64,000 nt of DNA, taken from Bacteroidota bacterium (GTDB lineage: Bacteria > Bacteroidota > Ignavibacteria > UBA10030 > SZUA-254). The number at the start of each line of letters is the position of its first letter. Positions within the stretch are counted from its first letter, which is position 1. The DNA lies in the NCBI GenBank assembly GCA_044449065.1, contig JBIOHP010000002.1, positions 117,462-181,461 of the forward strand. The letters are read 5' to 3'. Positions 10,582 to 21,589 of this stretch are shown here, one piece after another. A model generated the notes under the pieces. That model did no database searches. It worked only from the letters and a program-made list of their open reading frames with translations, and was not told the DNA's origin. The translations under genes and the position numbers were made by a program.

Positions 10582-11427
10582 CTATAGAGAGGTATGAACA
10601 GAACGATGCATACACTGGCTAAGGGCTGTCCGTGATTTTGATCCCCGCACAAAAAATAGATTTTTAAAAAATGAGCCGATCAATGCCGCAATAAATGAAA
10701 ATAAATATCCCAAATATTCCGCACCGACTGGTTTTCCCCAGTGTCTTACCGAAACCCGGTGTAATTCCCAAATCCATGGAGAGATAACATGGTGCATACC
10801 CTTCCCCGTTTTAGAAGATTCATACAGCCGCAAGTTGGAAAGTGCATACGGAATATACTGTAACGTATAGCGGTGCGTTAATCGAATAAAATATTCCTGG
10901 TCCATCACATACTGTAAGCTCTCATCAAGATAACCGACTTCCTGAAACACTTGTCTTCGATAAAAAAAGGACGGCTGGACATACTCGCACGACCATGTCC
11001 AGTATTTCACCAGGTTTTCATATGTCATGCCGCGGGTGAGCATAGGTTTGGTTTCTCTTCCCCCGGCATCGATTTCATATCCATCTCCATAGACAACCAT
11101 TACATGAGGATCGCTGAAGGCATCATTGACTTTTTTAAAAATATTCGGACGGTACATATCATCGGAATTTACCCAGCCGACGATCTCCCCTTTTGCCATC
11201 TTGAATCCTTTATTGAGAGCGTGCGCTTGCCCATTATCCGGCTCGGATACCCATCGCAGGTGAGGATACTTTTTAAGAATATCTATTGTGCCGTCCGTCG
11301 AACCGCCGTCGATGATGATATGCTCCACATCGGAGAAATCCTGATTCATCACACTTTGGATATTCGCCTCGATAAATGAAGCTTGATTATACGAGGGAGA
11401 TATAATTGAGAACCGGGGTGAATTCAC
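10582..11427 (-). CDS. Glycosyltransferase family 2
   Basis: FSIISPSYNQASFIEANIQSVMNQ...IIIDGGSTDGT GT-A fold N-terminus. Confidence 0.8.
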   Translation of the reverse strand: MNSPRFSIISPSYNQASFIEANIQSVMNQDFSDVEHIIIDGGSTDGTIDILKKYPHLRWVSEPDNGQAHALNKGFKMAKGEIVGWVNSDDMYRPNIFKKVNDAFSDPHVMVVYGDGYEIDAGGRETKPMLTRGMTYENLVKYWTWSCEYVQPSFFYRRQVFQEVGYLDESLQYVMDQEYFIRLTHRYTLQYIPYALSNLRLYESSKTGKGMHHVISPWIWELHRVSVRHWGKPVGAEYLGYLFSFIAALIGSFFKNLFFVRGSKSRTALSQCMHRSVHTSL

Positions 11428-11597
11428 GAAAAATTTTCAATGATCGAATAGAGTTCAAATAAAAAATGTTTGTCGCTATCTTTAGATCCTGAGTGAAAAT
11501 TGTTTTGTTTATTTAGTAGCCCGTCGTTAAACGGGCGAAATAAAGAAATTCAGCATGCCGATCAGTGATCGGCTACTACAAAAAATAACTTATTACG

Positions 11598-11622
11598 CAG
11601 GCTCTTTAAAGAGCGGTTTTTT
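11598..11622 (+). terminator. Intrinsic-terminator-like hairpin (GCTCTttaaAGAGC) followed by a T7 run; no + strand gene upstream
   Basis: GGCTCTTTAAAGAGCGG followed by TTTTTTT, read directly. Confidence 0.35.
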
Positions 11623-11739
11623 TATGGTTAATGAGGTTTAAGTATAGCAAATATCGGCTTAATTCCCAAATAATCAGGGAATATTGAACAATTCCGACTA
11701 TTAATTGATATTCCTTAGGAAGCATCGTAAGCTGAATAT

Positions 11740-13014
11740 CTACCGTTTCAACCTCATTGCCTCCTGTGAAACATCAATATATTTTTTTATGAAGATATCC
11801 AATGTAAAATGATCAAGAACTCTCTTACTCCCAGCTTTGCCGAAACGATTACGTTTTTCGGGATCATCTAACAAATTCACAATTGCATCAAAGAGTGCTT
11901 TTTTATCTCCCGACCTAACCAACCATCCGGTTTCACCGTGATTGACTTGTTCCGGGATTCCGCCCGTTTTATACGCTACCACTGCCGTTCCGCATGCCAT
12001 CGCTTCCACAACGGTACAGGGGCTATTGTCTGCCAACGTGGGGGAGACAAAAATATCCGCTGAGGAATAACACGCCCGCAAAATGTCAGGATCGCTTACC
12101 CAGCCAGTTTCTTTTCCAGCGTATTCATCCCCCAGCACCGATTTGCCCTGAAGATGTCCCACTATAAGCGTGTATATATCCGTCCGATTCTTGTACAGTA
12201 TGGAGAGCAATTCTTTAAACGTGTCAATGCCTTTGTGCTGAATAGAATTAATCCAGCTTGCGATGAAGAGAATGACTTTTTTATCCTGCGGGATTCCCAT
12301 TCGTTTGCGAGCTTGGGATTTGTCTTCCGGAAAAAATATTTTTGTGTCCACAGAACTGGGGATCACAAAACTTGGGACGTCGCGCAAAATAGAATTATTG
12401 ACATGAGATTGCAGCCACGCAGATGGCGCTACGATGACAAATTTTTTATTAGCATAAAGCATTTTCTTGAGTCCCAGTTGAAACCGGCTTCTATCGTGTT
12501 TCATTACCGGGTAAGCCGATAGCTGGGGACAATTCCCGCAGTGTTCAGCATAACGCTCACAATCAAAACTCCAGACGCACTTGCCGGTAAACGCCCACAT
12601 ATCATACAACGTCCAGACGACCGGCTTCACGTTCATCAGCGTGGGCAGCGCGAGCAGGTTGAAATAATAACCATGAATATTGTGCAAATGGATGACGTCG
12701 CTTTGCCTTACCAATTTCAAAAAGGGAATCCGCCAAGTCGACAGATAAAACAAGTATTGGGTCGAAAAAATATCGTCAAGAAGATTCCCCGCCGAATAGA
12801 GCAAATCGGGACCGGGAACGGGCTGCACAAACTCTTTCACCAGCGGATCGGCGGAATAATCAATTTTCCGGGCAAGCATTTTGCTGTTGTACCCGCGCAG
12901 GTGCAATTCTTTGCAGATTGTATAGGCGACCTTTTCCGCGCCGCCGCCGGTATTACCGGGACTTATTGCAACAATGTTTTTCATCGTCGCCGGTTCGTCT
13001 TGATTATTTTGCAT
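11740..13014 (-). CDS. Glycosyltransferase family 4 (GT-B)
   Basis: C-terminal EAMACGTAVVAYKTGGIPE motif typical of GT4. Confidence 0.8.
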   Translation of the reverse strand: MQNNQDEPATMKNIVAISPGNTGGGAEKVAYTICKELHLRGYNSKMLARKIDYSADPLVKEFVQPVPGPDLLYSAGNLLDDIFSTQYLFYLSTWRIPFLKLVRQSDVIHLHNIHGYYFNLLALPTLMNVKPVVWTLYDMWAFTGKCVWSFDCERYAEHCGNCPQLSAYPVMKHDRSRFQLGLKKMLYANKKFVIVAPSAWLQSHVNNSILRDVPSFVIPSSVDTKIFFPEDKSQARKRMGIPQDKKVILFIASWINSIQHKGIDTFKELLSILYKNRTDIYTLIVGHLQGKSVLGDEYAGKETGWVSDPDILRACYSSADIFVSPTLADNSPCTVVEAMACGTAVVAYKTGGIPEQVNHGETGWLVRSGDKKALFDAIVNLLDDPEKRNRFGKAGSKRVLDHFTLDIFIKKYIDVSQEAMRLKR

Positions 13015-14131
13015 TCAACACCCGATCGATCACCGCTTCGATTTGTTTAACATTCCGGGGAAGCGAAAATTTCTCGAAGACCCTCTTTCTTCCCGCCTCT
13101 CCCATTTGTGTTCTGCGCATTTCATTATTTGCGAGATTCCTTAGCGAATCAACCACACTTTGGATATCCATCAACGGCACTAATATTCCGCAATCGGAAG
13201 TTACTGCTTCGGGTATCCCGCCGACTGAAAACCCTATCACCGGCAAACCGGACGCCATTGCCTCCATTATCACTAACGGGAAGGGATCCTCCCGCGCGGT
13301 TGATAAATAGATATCCATCGCTGAATAATACAGTGCAACATCTTCAACATTCTCTTTCAGGATAATATCATTTTGTAATCCCAACCGTTCGATATTCCGA
13401 ATAAACTTGCAATAGAATTCCTCGTCTTCTTTTATGCCGATCACGAGAAATTTAAAATGGGGCTTGCCCTTCGTCTCTGTTTTTAGCCGGTTCGCGATAT
13501 CGATAAAAATATCGAATCCCTTCATGTTAGAAATTCTGCCGACCGTGCCTATTACGATGGAATCATCGATCCCCAGCGACTGACGAATTTCGGTCCGCCG
13601 GGAGGCATTGTACGAAAATTTTTCGGGTATGATACCGGCATGAACTACGTCGATCTTGTTAGCGTCAAATCCTTTTTCCTGAATCAGAAAATTTTTCACC
13701 GCTTCCGATACGGCGATCATTCTATCCGGAAAGGTTTTCAACAGCCAGCGTTCTTCCGGGGTTAACGATGCAAATCCCAGGGAGAGCTCATGGACGTGCA
13801 CGATGGAAGGTATTCTCAGCAACTTTGTGTAGAATAACCACTTGGCGGGCTTGATCGTATTGCAGTAGACTGCATCTGGATGGATTCTTCGGAGGAGTTG
13901 AATGCGTTTATTAACCCGTTTAATTTCACGCCAGTATTTCATCTCATCGGGATAGACCGGATCAATATAGACTTGCCCCATTTCTCTGAATTCTGATACA
14001 AGAGGACCATCCTCATCGACAATAAACACCGGATGATATTTACTCTTATCCAACAACGAGACGATGTCCTTTAATAATAGCGGGGCGCCGGAGTGTGATG
14101 CGCTGTGAGATAAGAAGAGAATTGTAGGCAT
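13004..14131 (-). CDS. Glycosyltransferase family 4 (GT-B)
   Basis: MEAMASGLPVIGFSVGGIPE motif. Overlaps the upstream GT4 gene by 11 bp. Confidence 0.8.
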   Translation of the reverse strand: MPTILFLSHSASHSGAPLLLKDIVSLLDKSKYHPVFIVDEDGPLVSEFREMGQVYIDPVYPDEMKYWREIKRVNKRIQLLRRIHPDAVYCNTIKPAKWLFYTKLLRIPSIVHVHELSLGFASLTPEERWLLKTFPDRMIAVSEAVKNFLIQEKGFDANKIDVVHAGIIPEKFSYNASRRTEIRQSLGIDDSIVIGTVGRISNMKGFDIFIDIANRLKTETKGKPHFKFLVIGIKEDEEFYCKFIRNIERLGLQNDIILKENVEDVALYYSAMDIYLSTAREDPFPLVIMEAMASGLPVIGFSVGGIPEAVTSDCGILVPLMDIQSVVDSLRNLANNEMRRTQMGEAGRKRVFEKFSLPRNVKQIEAVIDRVLNAK

Positions 14132-14279
14132 GATCGTAGACGTCCGGTTAGATAGTCGTTAAGTGGTGTTCGAGTCTGTACAAAAAGCTACACTCTAGCG
14201 TTAAAAAAGATTTAAAGTTTCGCAATTTATATCGATATGAGGAGATCGCCCGCCCGAACGACGCAGTCGGGCAGGCGAC

Positions 14280-14316
14280 GTCCGCCTCCCGCCAAAAGGG
14301 AATGCGGGAGGCGGAC
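14280..14316 (-). terminator. GC-rich perfect 13-bp stem-loop (GTCCGCCTCCCGC...GCGGGAGGCGGAC) downstream of the 910-aa membrane protein gene; terminator-like, no U-tract on the minus strand
   Basis: Perfect inverted repeat read from the sequence, 55-90 nt after the minus-strand stop at 14369. Confidence 0.4.
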
Positions 14317-14368
14317 TTGCGATGACTTTTTACACAGGTTTGTTCCATGACGAGTTCTTGTAAGTAAC

Positions 14369-17101
14369 TCATTGCAGGGTTAATTTTATTTTGAACGATT
14401 TATCACCCTTTTGGTCAAACCAGCCGACGCCTTCCTGCAACATGCTGAATTTCACCATGTATATCCCTAAGGGCAAAAGCTTTTGATCGGAGCCGACAGG
14501 ATTTAATTTTGATGTGATTTCGATTTCTTCCCCCGGTTCAACAGCATGCGGAAGATCAACCCGCTGTTCAACTACTTCTTTACCGGGATCTTTTTCGGAG
14601 AACCACATAATACCTAACCGCACTGCGCCAATTGGCGATGGCAAGTCGGTAAGGCAGGGCCAAACCTTATTGCCGTTGTTTCGTATTCTTGCGCGATATT
14701 GCAGAGATTTTGCTGTATCCGCCATACTGCCGATATTAATAATATCAATTTGTATTGATGATCGCAGAGCCGGCAGCGCAAGCGGAGCCGCCGTAAGCGG
14801 ATGATAATGATCAAGAAGCGTAATGCCGTTTAAATAAACCCCCAGGGTCCGTGTATCACCGCTATTCGGCATTGTCTTCGCAGGAACAAAACTATCACTT
14901 TTTACCTCGATGAGCAGGTTTTTTGATATTGGGACGCCATCTAAACTTAACACTTTCGCCCAGTTTCCCTGTGCAACTGCCTGATTAAATATATCGACCT
15001 GATTCGCTTTAATATTTAAATTCGATAAGACAGGAGAGTTTTCTCCAAGTTCGATACGCACCGCTCTGGGCAGATGATTTGAATTGATAGGAATATTAAA
15101 AGAAGCATTACCATTTGTCCAACGGGATTGAGCATCCCGCGCGGCCGGTTCATTCAAACCCGATTCTTCGATGCCAAAATATTGCCGACCGCCAATTTTT
15201 ACATTGATAAAATCATCCTTCAATCCGGTTACAGTATAAATATCCACATTTCGTTCATCGAAAATGATACTATCAGGCAAGGGATTAGTCACGGTTTCAA
15301 TAAACACGCGTCGTAGAAAGAAATTATCGACGTTTTTTTCAACAATCCCGTTTAAATGATGGTTTCCCTGATAGACGACATATACCGGATTACTCACAGA
15401 TGCGCTTTCGCGGATATAATTTTCAACAACTGTCCTCCCGGGATCATTATCCAGATTCATGGGAATAACCTTTCTATCAAAGGCGAGGAAAAGCGGGGTT
15501 TCCCATGTCGCCCAGGGACCTGCGTCATCGGTAAAGATCATTTTATCCTTCGGTAAATGTTCAGCCAATGATTGAATCTGTTTATAATATCCCATTTGTT
15601 CGGTCACCATGATCTGGAAGTCGTCGGCGTCAATCATAAAAATGACAATGAAGAGGGCGGCGGCAACCGAAGGTATATGTCGCATCCAGCCCTTTAAAAA
15701 ATGATCGATGAGCCAGGAGAGCCCCAATGCGGCGAAGATGGCAAAACCGGGGATGACCACGGGGATAAATCTCCGTATCAGCCAGAAGTGATCAGGAGCG
15801 ATGGAAGGATTCCAAATAAATACACTCGAAAAACCTGACGCGATCATAAGGATAACAATTATGGTTGTATCCTTTTTCCGTCGGATCACGTCCCTGAATG
15901 AAAAGAGCCATCCAATTGGAGCCGCGAAAATCACTAATGGTGAAAGATACTTTGCAAGATTTACTAACGAATTTTCTCTAAAATCCCGGGTCAGATATCC
16001 ATAAAGATCCCACACCATTGCAAAATTCCCAAAATTCGGACGGATCCAGTATGCGTAAAGAACTAATGCCACAATAATCGCGGAGAGGATCCCAAAAATC
16101 AAGCGGTGTTCAATAAATTTTTTAATGGAAGAATTGATGGCGGGACTTTTAACAAGCAAAAGAATTGCCGAAATTATCATTAAGTAATTTATTGGACGCA
16201 ATGAAGGGAAAAGTGAAATCAGGTATGGTAGGGTCGTGAATACATGATATAATGTTCCCAAAAGGAAAATCGGAAGAAAGGTTTTGTACAGTGCGAGCCA
16301 GAGAGATTCATCTTCCTGTTCACTTACGTTTGATATTATACGATAAATAAAATGGGAGATAAAAACAAACGGAATAATCATAAAACTATCGATACGGACC
16401 CAGATCGATAGACCGAGCAAGATTCCACTCCATGCCGCTAATTGTTTCACTTTAAAACGGAGTGAATAAATAAATAGAAGTAATCCCCCCCATATACAGA
16501 GCTGGGTGAATATTTCTGTCAGAGTAACATGAGTCACCCAAATCTGGCCCGGATTCAATCCGATCACGAATACCGCGGCGAGAGCAAATTGAACAGGCAG
16601 GAACAACCGGCAGAAACCGTACAAAATGCATAGAGATAGGAGACCGACAAAGCCGTTGAACCTGATTAATCCATCAAAATCGAACGTGCAAAATGCCTGC
16701 GCCAGCCACACAGGATAGAGATGCGCAAATTGAATCGTCATGGTCGAACGAGTTTCGTATATTCCCGGGTATTGTTCATGGGAATCGGCAAATATTGAAT
16801 CCTGACTTTCTGTCCAGGGATAAGGGACATCTAACCTTCCGTGGTGTGCGATATAGATTGCGTGATTTGCGTACATACCCGTATCGCGTCCCCCCACAAT
16901 CGAATCAGCGGGATGCCAGAAATAAATAAACCCTGCAACCATGAGGATAACCATAAGAGATACATCCTCCCACGAAAATGGGGGAAAATTCCCTTGCGCT
17001 GATTTGCCGGTCAGAAATTTTGAAATGAAATATCCACCTGCGACTGCCCAGCCAAGAGCTCCAACCATCGCTCCATTATAGAGATGAAAAGCCGCAAGCA
17101 T
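14369..17101 (-). CDS. Large polytopic membrane protein (about 14 TM) with a C-terminal approximately 350-aa extracytoplasmic domain; possible GT-C-fold glycosyltransferase or polymer-modifying enzyme
   Basis: 910 aa. Hydrophobic N-terminal 560 aa, soluble beta-rich C-terminal domain. Embedded in the glycan cluster. Confidence 0.4.
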   Translation of the reverse strand: MLAAFHLYNGAMVGALGWAVAGGYFISKFLTGKSAQGNFPPFSWEDVSLMVILMVAGFIYFWHPADSIVGGRDTGMYANHAIYIAHHGRLDVPYPWTESQDSIFADSHEQYPGIYETRSTMTIQFAHLYPVWLAQAFCTFDFDGLIRFNGFVGLLSLCILYGFCRLFLPVQFALAAVFVIGLNPGQIWVTHVTLTEIFTQLCIWGGLLLFIYSLRFKVKQLAAWSGILLGLSIWVRIDSFMIIPFVFISHFIYRIISNVSEQEDESLWLALYKTFLPIFLLGTLYHVFTTLPYLISLFPSLRPINYLMIISAILLLVKSPAINSSIKKFIEHRLIFGILSAIIVALVLYAYWIRPNFGNFAMVWDLYGYLTRDFRENSLVNLAKYLSPLVIFAAPIGWLFSFRDVIRRKKDTTIIVILMIASGFSSVFIWNPSIAPDHFWLIRRFIPVVIPGFAIFAALGLSWLIDHFLKGWMRHIPSVAAALFIVIFMIDADDFQIMVTEQMGYYKQIQSLAEHLPKDKMIFTDDAGPWATWETPLFLAFDRKVIPMNLDNDPGRTVVENYIRESASVSNPVYVVYQGNHHLNGIVEKNVDNFFLRRVFIETVTNPLPDSIIFDERNVDIYTVTGLKDDFINVKIGGRQYFGIEESGLNEPAARDAQSRWTNGNASFNIPINSNHLPRAVRIELGENSPVLSNLNIKANQVDIFNQAVAQGNWAKVLSLDGVPISKNLLIEVKSDSFVPAKTMPNSGDTRTLGVYLNGITLLDHYHPLTAAPLALPALRSSIQIDIINIGSMADTAKSLQYRARIRNNGNKVWPCLTDLPSPIGAVRLGIMWFSEKDPGKEVVEQRVDLPHAVEPGEEIEITSKLNPVGSDQKLLPLGIYMVKFSMLQEGVGWFDQKGDKSFKIKLTLQ

Positions 17102-17384
17102 TGCAATCGGAACCGACCAACATGCAATACCGATCGTTGTTAAAATCGCAAAATATACAACATTGGATACTTTAAGCGAGATTGATCCCCCTCCTGTATA
17201 TTGAAATAAAATATAGCCGGTACAAGGAAGGGCGAGCCAGATACCGCTGGATAGAACATGAGTTACGATATTAATAGATTACCTCTGGATGCATCTATAG
17301 ATAAATATTTTCTTGATCTATCTTCCCGTTACATGTATATAACTATCTGTAAAGGAATAAATTAAACATACCATGAATAATAAA

Positions 17385-18149
17385 TCATCTTCGGGAAACT
17401 GCTGGATCCGAATTTTCACGAATCCTCCGAAGATTTTCGACTTCGTTCATGAACTGGTGATTCTCAAATATTTTTGTTTCAACATTCCGCGGCTCGATCA
17501 GTCTGGTAAATAACGAAAACGTATCGCTTAAAATGCCCGGTTCCCATTGTATAATTTCCTGAGAAACGCAGTGTAATCCAACCTTTGCGCAGGTTTCACG
17601 AAACAATTTTGCGGACATCGTCGTGTCCCGCCAGTGGTGGCTCGCCGCAGTCATGAATCCTGAAGCTTCATCGCGATACGATCCCATATTTGAATGGTGG
17701 ATAAAACCATATCCGCCCGGTTTCATTTTCTTTGCGAGTTGGGTTAAGTAGGTAACAAATACTTCGTCATTAGCGTGGACAAGAGAATCCCAGCTAAAAA
17801 CAAAATCTATCGAATTATCGTCCAGAAATTTCAGGGACTTGCCGTCATTGACAAAATACCGAATATGATTGCAAGAAGAAAACCTTTTCTTGCATGCGTC
17901 GATGCATTTCTCAGCAAGATCGACTACGGTTAATTTCTTGCACATTTTCAATAAATGCTTTGTGCATCTTCCATAACCCGGAGCAATCTCCAGGATATGA
18001 TTTGATTCAGCTACCGCCCGGATTCGCGGGTAAATGGTACCATACCACATAGTATCGGAATCACCCCACGGTTTTGACCATTCGTCACCACCTTCGGACC
18101 AATCATAGGATGACCATTGCTTTAAATTTTCCTTTATAGTTGGCATCAC
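17385..18149 (-). CDS. Class I SAM-dependent methyltransferase
   Basis: ILEIAPGYGRCT (motif I, GxGxG-like) followed by an acidic residue after a beta strand (VVDLAE). Confidence 0.7.
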   Translation of the reverse strand: MMPTIKENLKQWSSYDWSEGGDEWSKPWGDSDTMWYGTIYPRIRAVAESNHILEIAPGYGRCTKHLLKMCKKLTVVDLAEKCIDACKKRFSSCNHIRYFVNDGKSLKFLDDNSIDFVFSWDSLVHANDEVFVTYLTQLAKKMKPGGYGFIHHSNMGSYRDEASGFMTAASHHWRDTTMSAKLFRETCAKVGLHCVSQEIIQWEPGILSDTFSLFTRLIEPRNVETKIFENHQFMNEVENLRRIRENSDPAVSRR

Positions 18150-18229
18150 AGACTTCTAAAAATTTATTCCTTACATCGTTTTCTAACTTGGGATTCTGCT
18201 CTATTCCGGTTTACTGGGTCTTGTTCATG

Positions 18230-21076
18230 TTACGAGGAGATGAATTTAAATCCATTTTGTCCGAGTTGTGCGCTCGTATAATTATCGGAAAGAAGATACT
18301 CCAAACATTCCGCCGCTTCGGCAGGGTTAGTATAATAGAGTCCGCATTTTGACTGCACGCAAAGATTTCTTAACTGTGCATTCCCTTCAGGAACGAGCAG
18401 GGGAATTTTGTGCAACAGTCCCCGTAAAACCGCTTGCAGAGTGCACTGCGGATCAACTACCCAATAAATTTTAGCATGGAGCATTTGATCGTTGTCCATC
18501 CAGTCAGCCATGACAAAGTTGACCGGTTTTGAATATTTTTTTGTAAACAGGTCGAGCGCGTCCATGGCGTCTTTTGAGAAACCCGAACCCGCGCATACCA
18601 CAAGCGGCATAGCCGCAGAGTGCGCTCCGTTCGTTCCCGGCTCGTACTCCGCCAGTATCTTACGCGTTTGACTTTCAAACGTATTAGTTTGGATAATGCG
18701 GTATGCATTCTCCCCAAAAGTTTTTAGATGATCAGGATGGTCGATGAGGCGGTCCATCGCTCCGGCAAGCTGGCGCGCGTTCCCGGCGTCAAAGAGGTAT
18801 CCCGTTTTGCCGTCGGTCACTATTTCCGGTATCCCGCCGATACGGGAGGCGATCACCGGCGTACGCGCCGCCATCGCCTCGGTGATTGTGACCGGCTGAT
18901 TTTCGGGCCAAATGGAAGCAAGAATCAGCACGTCTGTCTGCCGGAAAATTTCTTCGATATTATTATTTTCGACCATACCGAAGAAATTCACCGCGGTTTC
19001 GAATCCCATTTCCTTCACCTGCTTCTTATACGATTCCAATCGGTCGCCGGTCCCGACAATATTTATCTTCACACGATCTGGGTGTTTCAGAAACGGCAGC
19101 GCTTCAAAAATGACATGCACGCCTTTATGCCTGCCAAGATAACCGATAAATGTGAAACGGATGAATCCGTTTGCCGGTGTTTTTACCAGAGAGGCATACC
19201 TTTCAACATCGATCCCATACGAAATCACCTTTATCTTATCATTTTGGAATCCCGCTTTCCGGTACGCACAAGCCAGGTAATTACTTGGAGGAAGAAAAAG
19301 ATCGGATTCGCCTAAGGTCAATGAGAGATAATCTTTCCGCAGCCGTATGGGAACCGGCGCACCGTTATCCGAAGAGCTGTGTGACAAACAATCGGTGCAA
19401 TTCGCAAAGTTATCGCAAATTGTTCCATCCGGTTTGAGCAGCGTATTATTCAGACAAAATCCCCAGTGATCGTGCAGCGTGACAACGGTTTTGATATGTC
19501 TCTTCCCCGCCGCGTGGATCAAACCGGCGGAAAGCCCGGTGATATTATGAAAATGGACGACGTCCGGCGCGAACGAATCCAGCGTTTCGGCAAACCGCGC
19601 TTCCACCTCTTTATGGACAAAATTGAAATACTCCGAGCTGTAATCCTTCGGATGGAGAGCAACCCGCACCACGGGCAAGCCCTCGTACTCGTCCCTCCAG
19701 ACGGAGTGCCGTTCCTGCGTTTCCGTGGGATATCCCGCGAAGATGAGAACGTCATTCCCCTTTTTCTTGATCTCCTTTGCCTGGTAGTGAGCGATTAACT
19801 CCGCTCCGCCGATAAAATTGGGAGGGTAAGCATTTGCGCAGAAGATGATTTTCTTTTTCCCGTACGTCGCCTTGAGAACATCTTCAGCTTTTTTCCCTAT
19901 GGTATTCCACGTATATTCGCGCAGAACTTTTTCCCTGCCCACTCTCCCCATCCGTTCAAGAGATTTTGCGTCCTTCAATGCATATAATAATTTATTCTTT
20001 AAATCAAGGACGTCTCCGTACCGTGAAAGGATACCCTCCTTCCCGATTATATTCGGCATGGCTCCCTCGGTGGTTCCAAGAACCGGCGTGCCGCAAATCC
20101 ACGCTTCCAGAAACACGATGCCGAACGCCTCATATCTTGATGGGAGCGCCATCAGATCGCTGATGGAGAGAAGGTTCACTTTATCCTGATGGGACAACAG
20201 ACCGAGATCGATGATCGACGCCTTATCCGCCGAAGAAAGTTTTGCGTAGTATTCTTTGAACCACTCAAATGTGGGACCGACGAGGAAAACCTTTACGGGG
20301 TACTCGGGATAAATTTGCCGCATGGCTTCTATCAGCGTATCCACGCCCTTATCGGGCATTTTTCTGCCGAGAAACGTGATGATTTTTTCCGAGGGTTTTA
20401 ATCCATAGTCCCGCGCGTAACGCGCTCTGAATTTATCAAGCTCAATAGGTTGATAATCCTCCGGGTGAATGCCGCATCCGGCAACGAAAATCTTATCCGG
20501 GGAAACTCCCTTTTTCGCTATATAGTCTTTCTCAAACTCCGAATCGGCAATAACAGCGTCGCTTTTCTTCATCAGCCAATAATTAGAGCGTCGCTCGTAA
20601 TGCGGATGACCGGGGTGAAAATGGGGCACGAACGCGATTTTTTTCTTAAAATATTTCGCCAGAATCATCGCGAAAAAATTATGAGGGTACGGCGCCGTAT
20701 TAAGAAATACAACGTCTGTCGCCTTGATATATCTCCACATCTTGCCGTACATTTCCACCGAGTGGGGACCGTAAAAATAGACTTTAAATATTTTATCGAG
20801 GATAATCCGGTACACAAGATGATAAAAATGGTGGATCGGCAGGGAGCGGTCAAACCGGCGCACCTTCACTCCATGATCGAATTCAAATTTTCCGAACGCT
20901 ATCGTACGGTCGCGGTCGGCGGGATCGCGCCAGAATTCTTCCTCTTTGTTCACGTTCATGGTGAGAACTGTTACATCGTGTCCGTGCCCCGCGAGATAAC
21001 GGCAAACTTCCTGGCACCATGTTTCCGAACCTCCTACTGCAGGCGGGTAACGCTGGATGATAGTCAGGATTTTCAA
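18230..21076 (-). CDS. Dual-domain glycosyltransferase (two tandem GT4 modules plus a C-terminal extra domain), WbdA-like polymerising mannosyl/glycosyltransferase
   Basis: 948 aa. MKILTIIQRYPPAVGGSE (GT4 start) and a second KIIFCANAYPPNFIGGAE module. EAWICGTPVL and EAMAARTPVIASRIGGIPE are GT4 C-terminal motifs. Confidence 0.7.
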   Translation of the reverse strand: MKILTIIQRYPPAVGGSETWCQEVCRYLAGHGHDVTVLTMNVNKEEEFWRDPADRDRTIAFGKFEFDHGVKVRRFDRSLPIHHFYHLVYRIILDKIFKVYFYGPHSVEMYGKMWRYIKATDVVFLNTAPYPHNFFAMILAKYFKKKIAFVPHFHPGHPHYERRSNYWLMKKSDAVIADSEFEKDYIAKKGVSPDKIFVAGCGIHPEDYQPIELDKFRARYARDYGLKPSEKIITFLGRKMPDKGVDTLIEAMRQIYPEYPVKVFLVGPTFEWFKEYYAKLSSADKASIIDLGLLSHQDKVNLLSISDLMALPSRYEAFGIVFLEAWICGTPVLGTTEGAMPNIIGKEGILSRYGDVLDLKNKLLYALKDAKSLERMGRVGREKVLREYTWNTIGKKAEDVLKATYGKKKIIFCANAYPPNFIGGAELIAHYQAKEIKKKGNDVLIFAGYPTETQERHSVWRDEYEGLPVVRVALHPKDYSSEYFNFVHKEVEARFAETLDSFAPDVVHFHNITGLSAGLIHAAGKRHIKTVVTLHDHWGFCLNNTLLKPDGTICDNFANCTDCLSHSSSDNGAPVPIRLRKDYLSLTLGESDLFLPPSNYLACAYRKAGFQNDKIKVISYGIDVERYASLVKTPANGFIRFTFIGYLGRHKGVHVIFEALPFLKHPDRVKINIVGTGDRLESYKKQVKEMGFETAVNFFGMVENNNIEEIFRQTDVLILASIWPENQPVTITEAMAARTPVIASRIGGIPEIVTDGKTGYLFDAGNARQLAGAMDRLIDHPDHLKTFGENAYRIIQTNTFESQTRKILAEYEPGTNGAHSAAMPLVVCAGSGFSKDAMDALDLFTKKYSKPVNFVMADWMDNDQMLHAKIYWVVDPQCTLQAVLRGLLHKIPLLVPEGNAQLRNLCVQSKCGLYYTNPAEAAECLEYLLSDNYTSAQLGQNGFKFISS

Positions 21077-21567
21077 CCGGCAAGCTCCTGCGCCAGCATG
21101 AGCCGCTCCAAAGATTTATCGCCTCCGTGATACAGCGACGCATTGATGTAATAGACGCCTTTTTCGCTCACGGTTCCCCGCCAGAACTCCTCCGGCGAGC
21201 ATTGCGCGTCGTCGATGACGATGCATGCCTCTCTGTTCCAATCGTAGGCAACCGTTATGGTGAGCGGCTGCATCTTCGGCAGGTAGAGCGATTTGGAGAA
21301 ATAGGCAAAGTGACCTTCGGGATGGACCGGGTGTTCTTTCCGGTAAATATCGATTAAGATCTTTACATAAAAATCCTGCGGTGAATTATTTGCCAGGATG
21401 AGGCGGTATTCCGATATCTGATTAAGACGCACGGTCGGTTTATCGCACGAAAAGATCGAAATGCTTGCGGGCACGGAATCGACCTCGCGCGCGTAACGGA
21501 TCAAATCGCGAGTGCGTGAAATAACTTTGATAAAATCCGACGCGACGGCTTTAACTTTGTGTATCAT
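21073..21567 (-). CDS. Hypothetical protein
   Basis: 164 aa ORF, 4-bp overlap with the downstream gene. No motif recognised. Confidence 0.4.
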   Translation of the reverse strand: MIHKVKAVASDFIKVISRTRDLIRYAREVDSVPASISIFSCDKPTVRLNQISEYRLILANNSPQDFYVKILIDIYRKEHPVHPEGHFAYFSKSLYLPKMQPLTITVAYDWNREACIVIDDAQCSPEEFWRGTVSEKGVYYINASLYHGGDKSLERLMLAQELAG

Positions 21568-21589
21568 ACTACTTCACAACCGGTCTGGA

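Noticed and set aside
14148-14372. 74-aa ORF on the minus strand
   Set aside because: It lies entirely within the GC-rich hairpin and intergenic region between two real genes. It is more likely a structural or terminator element than coding.
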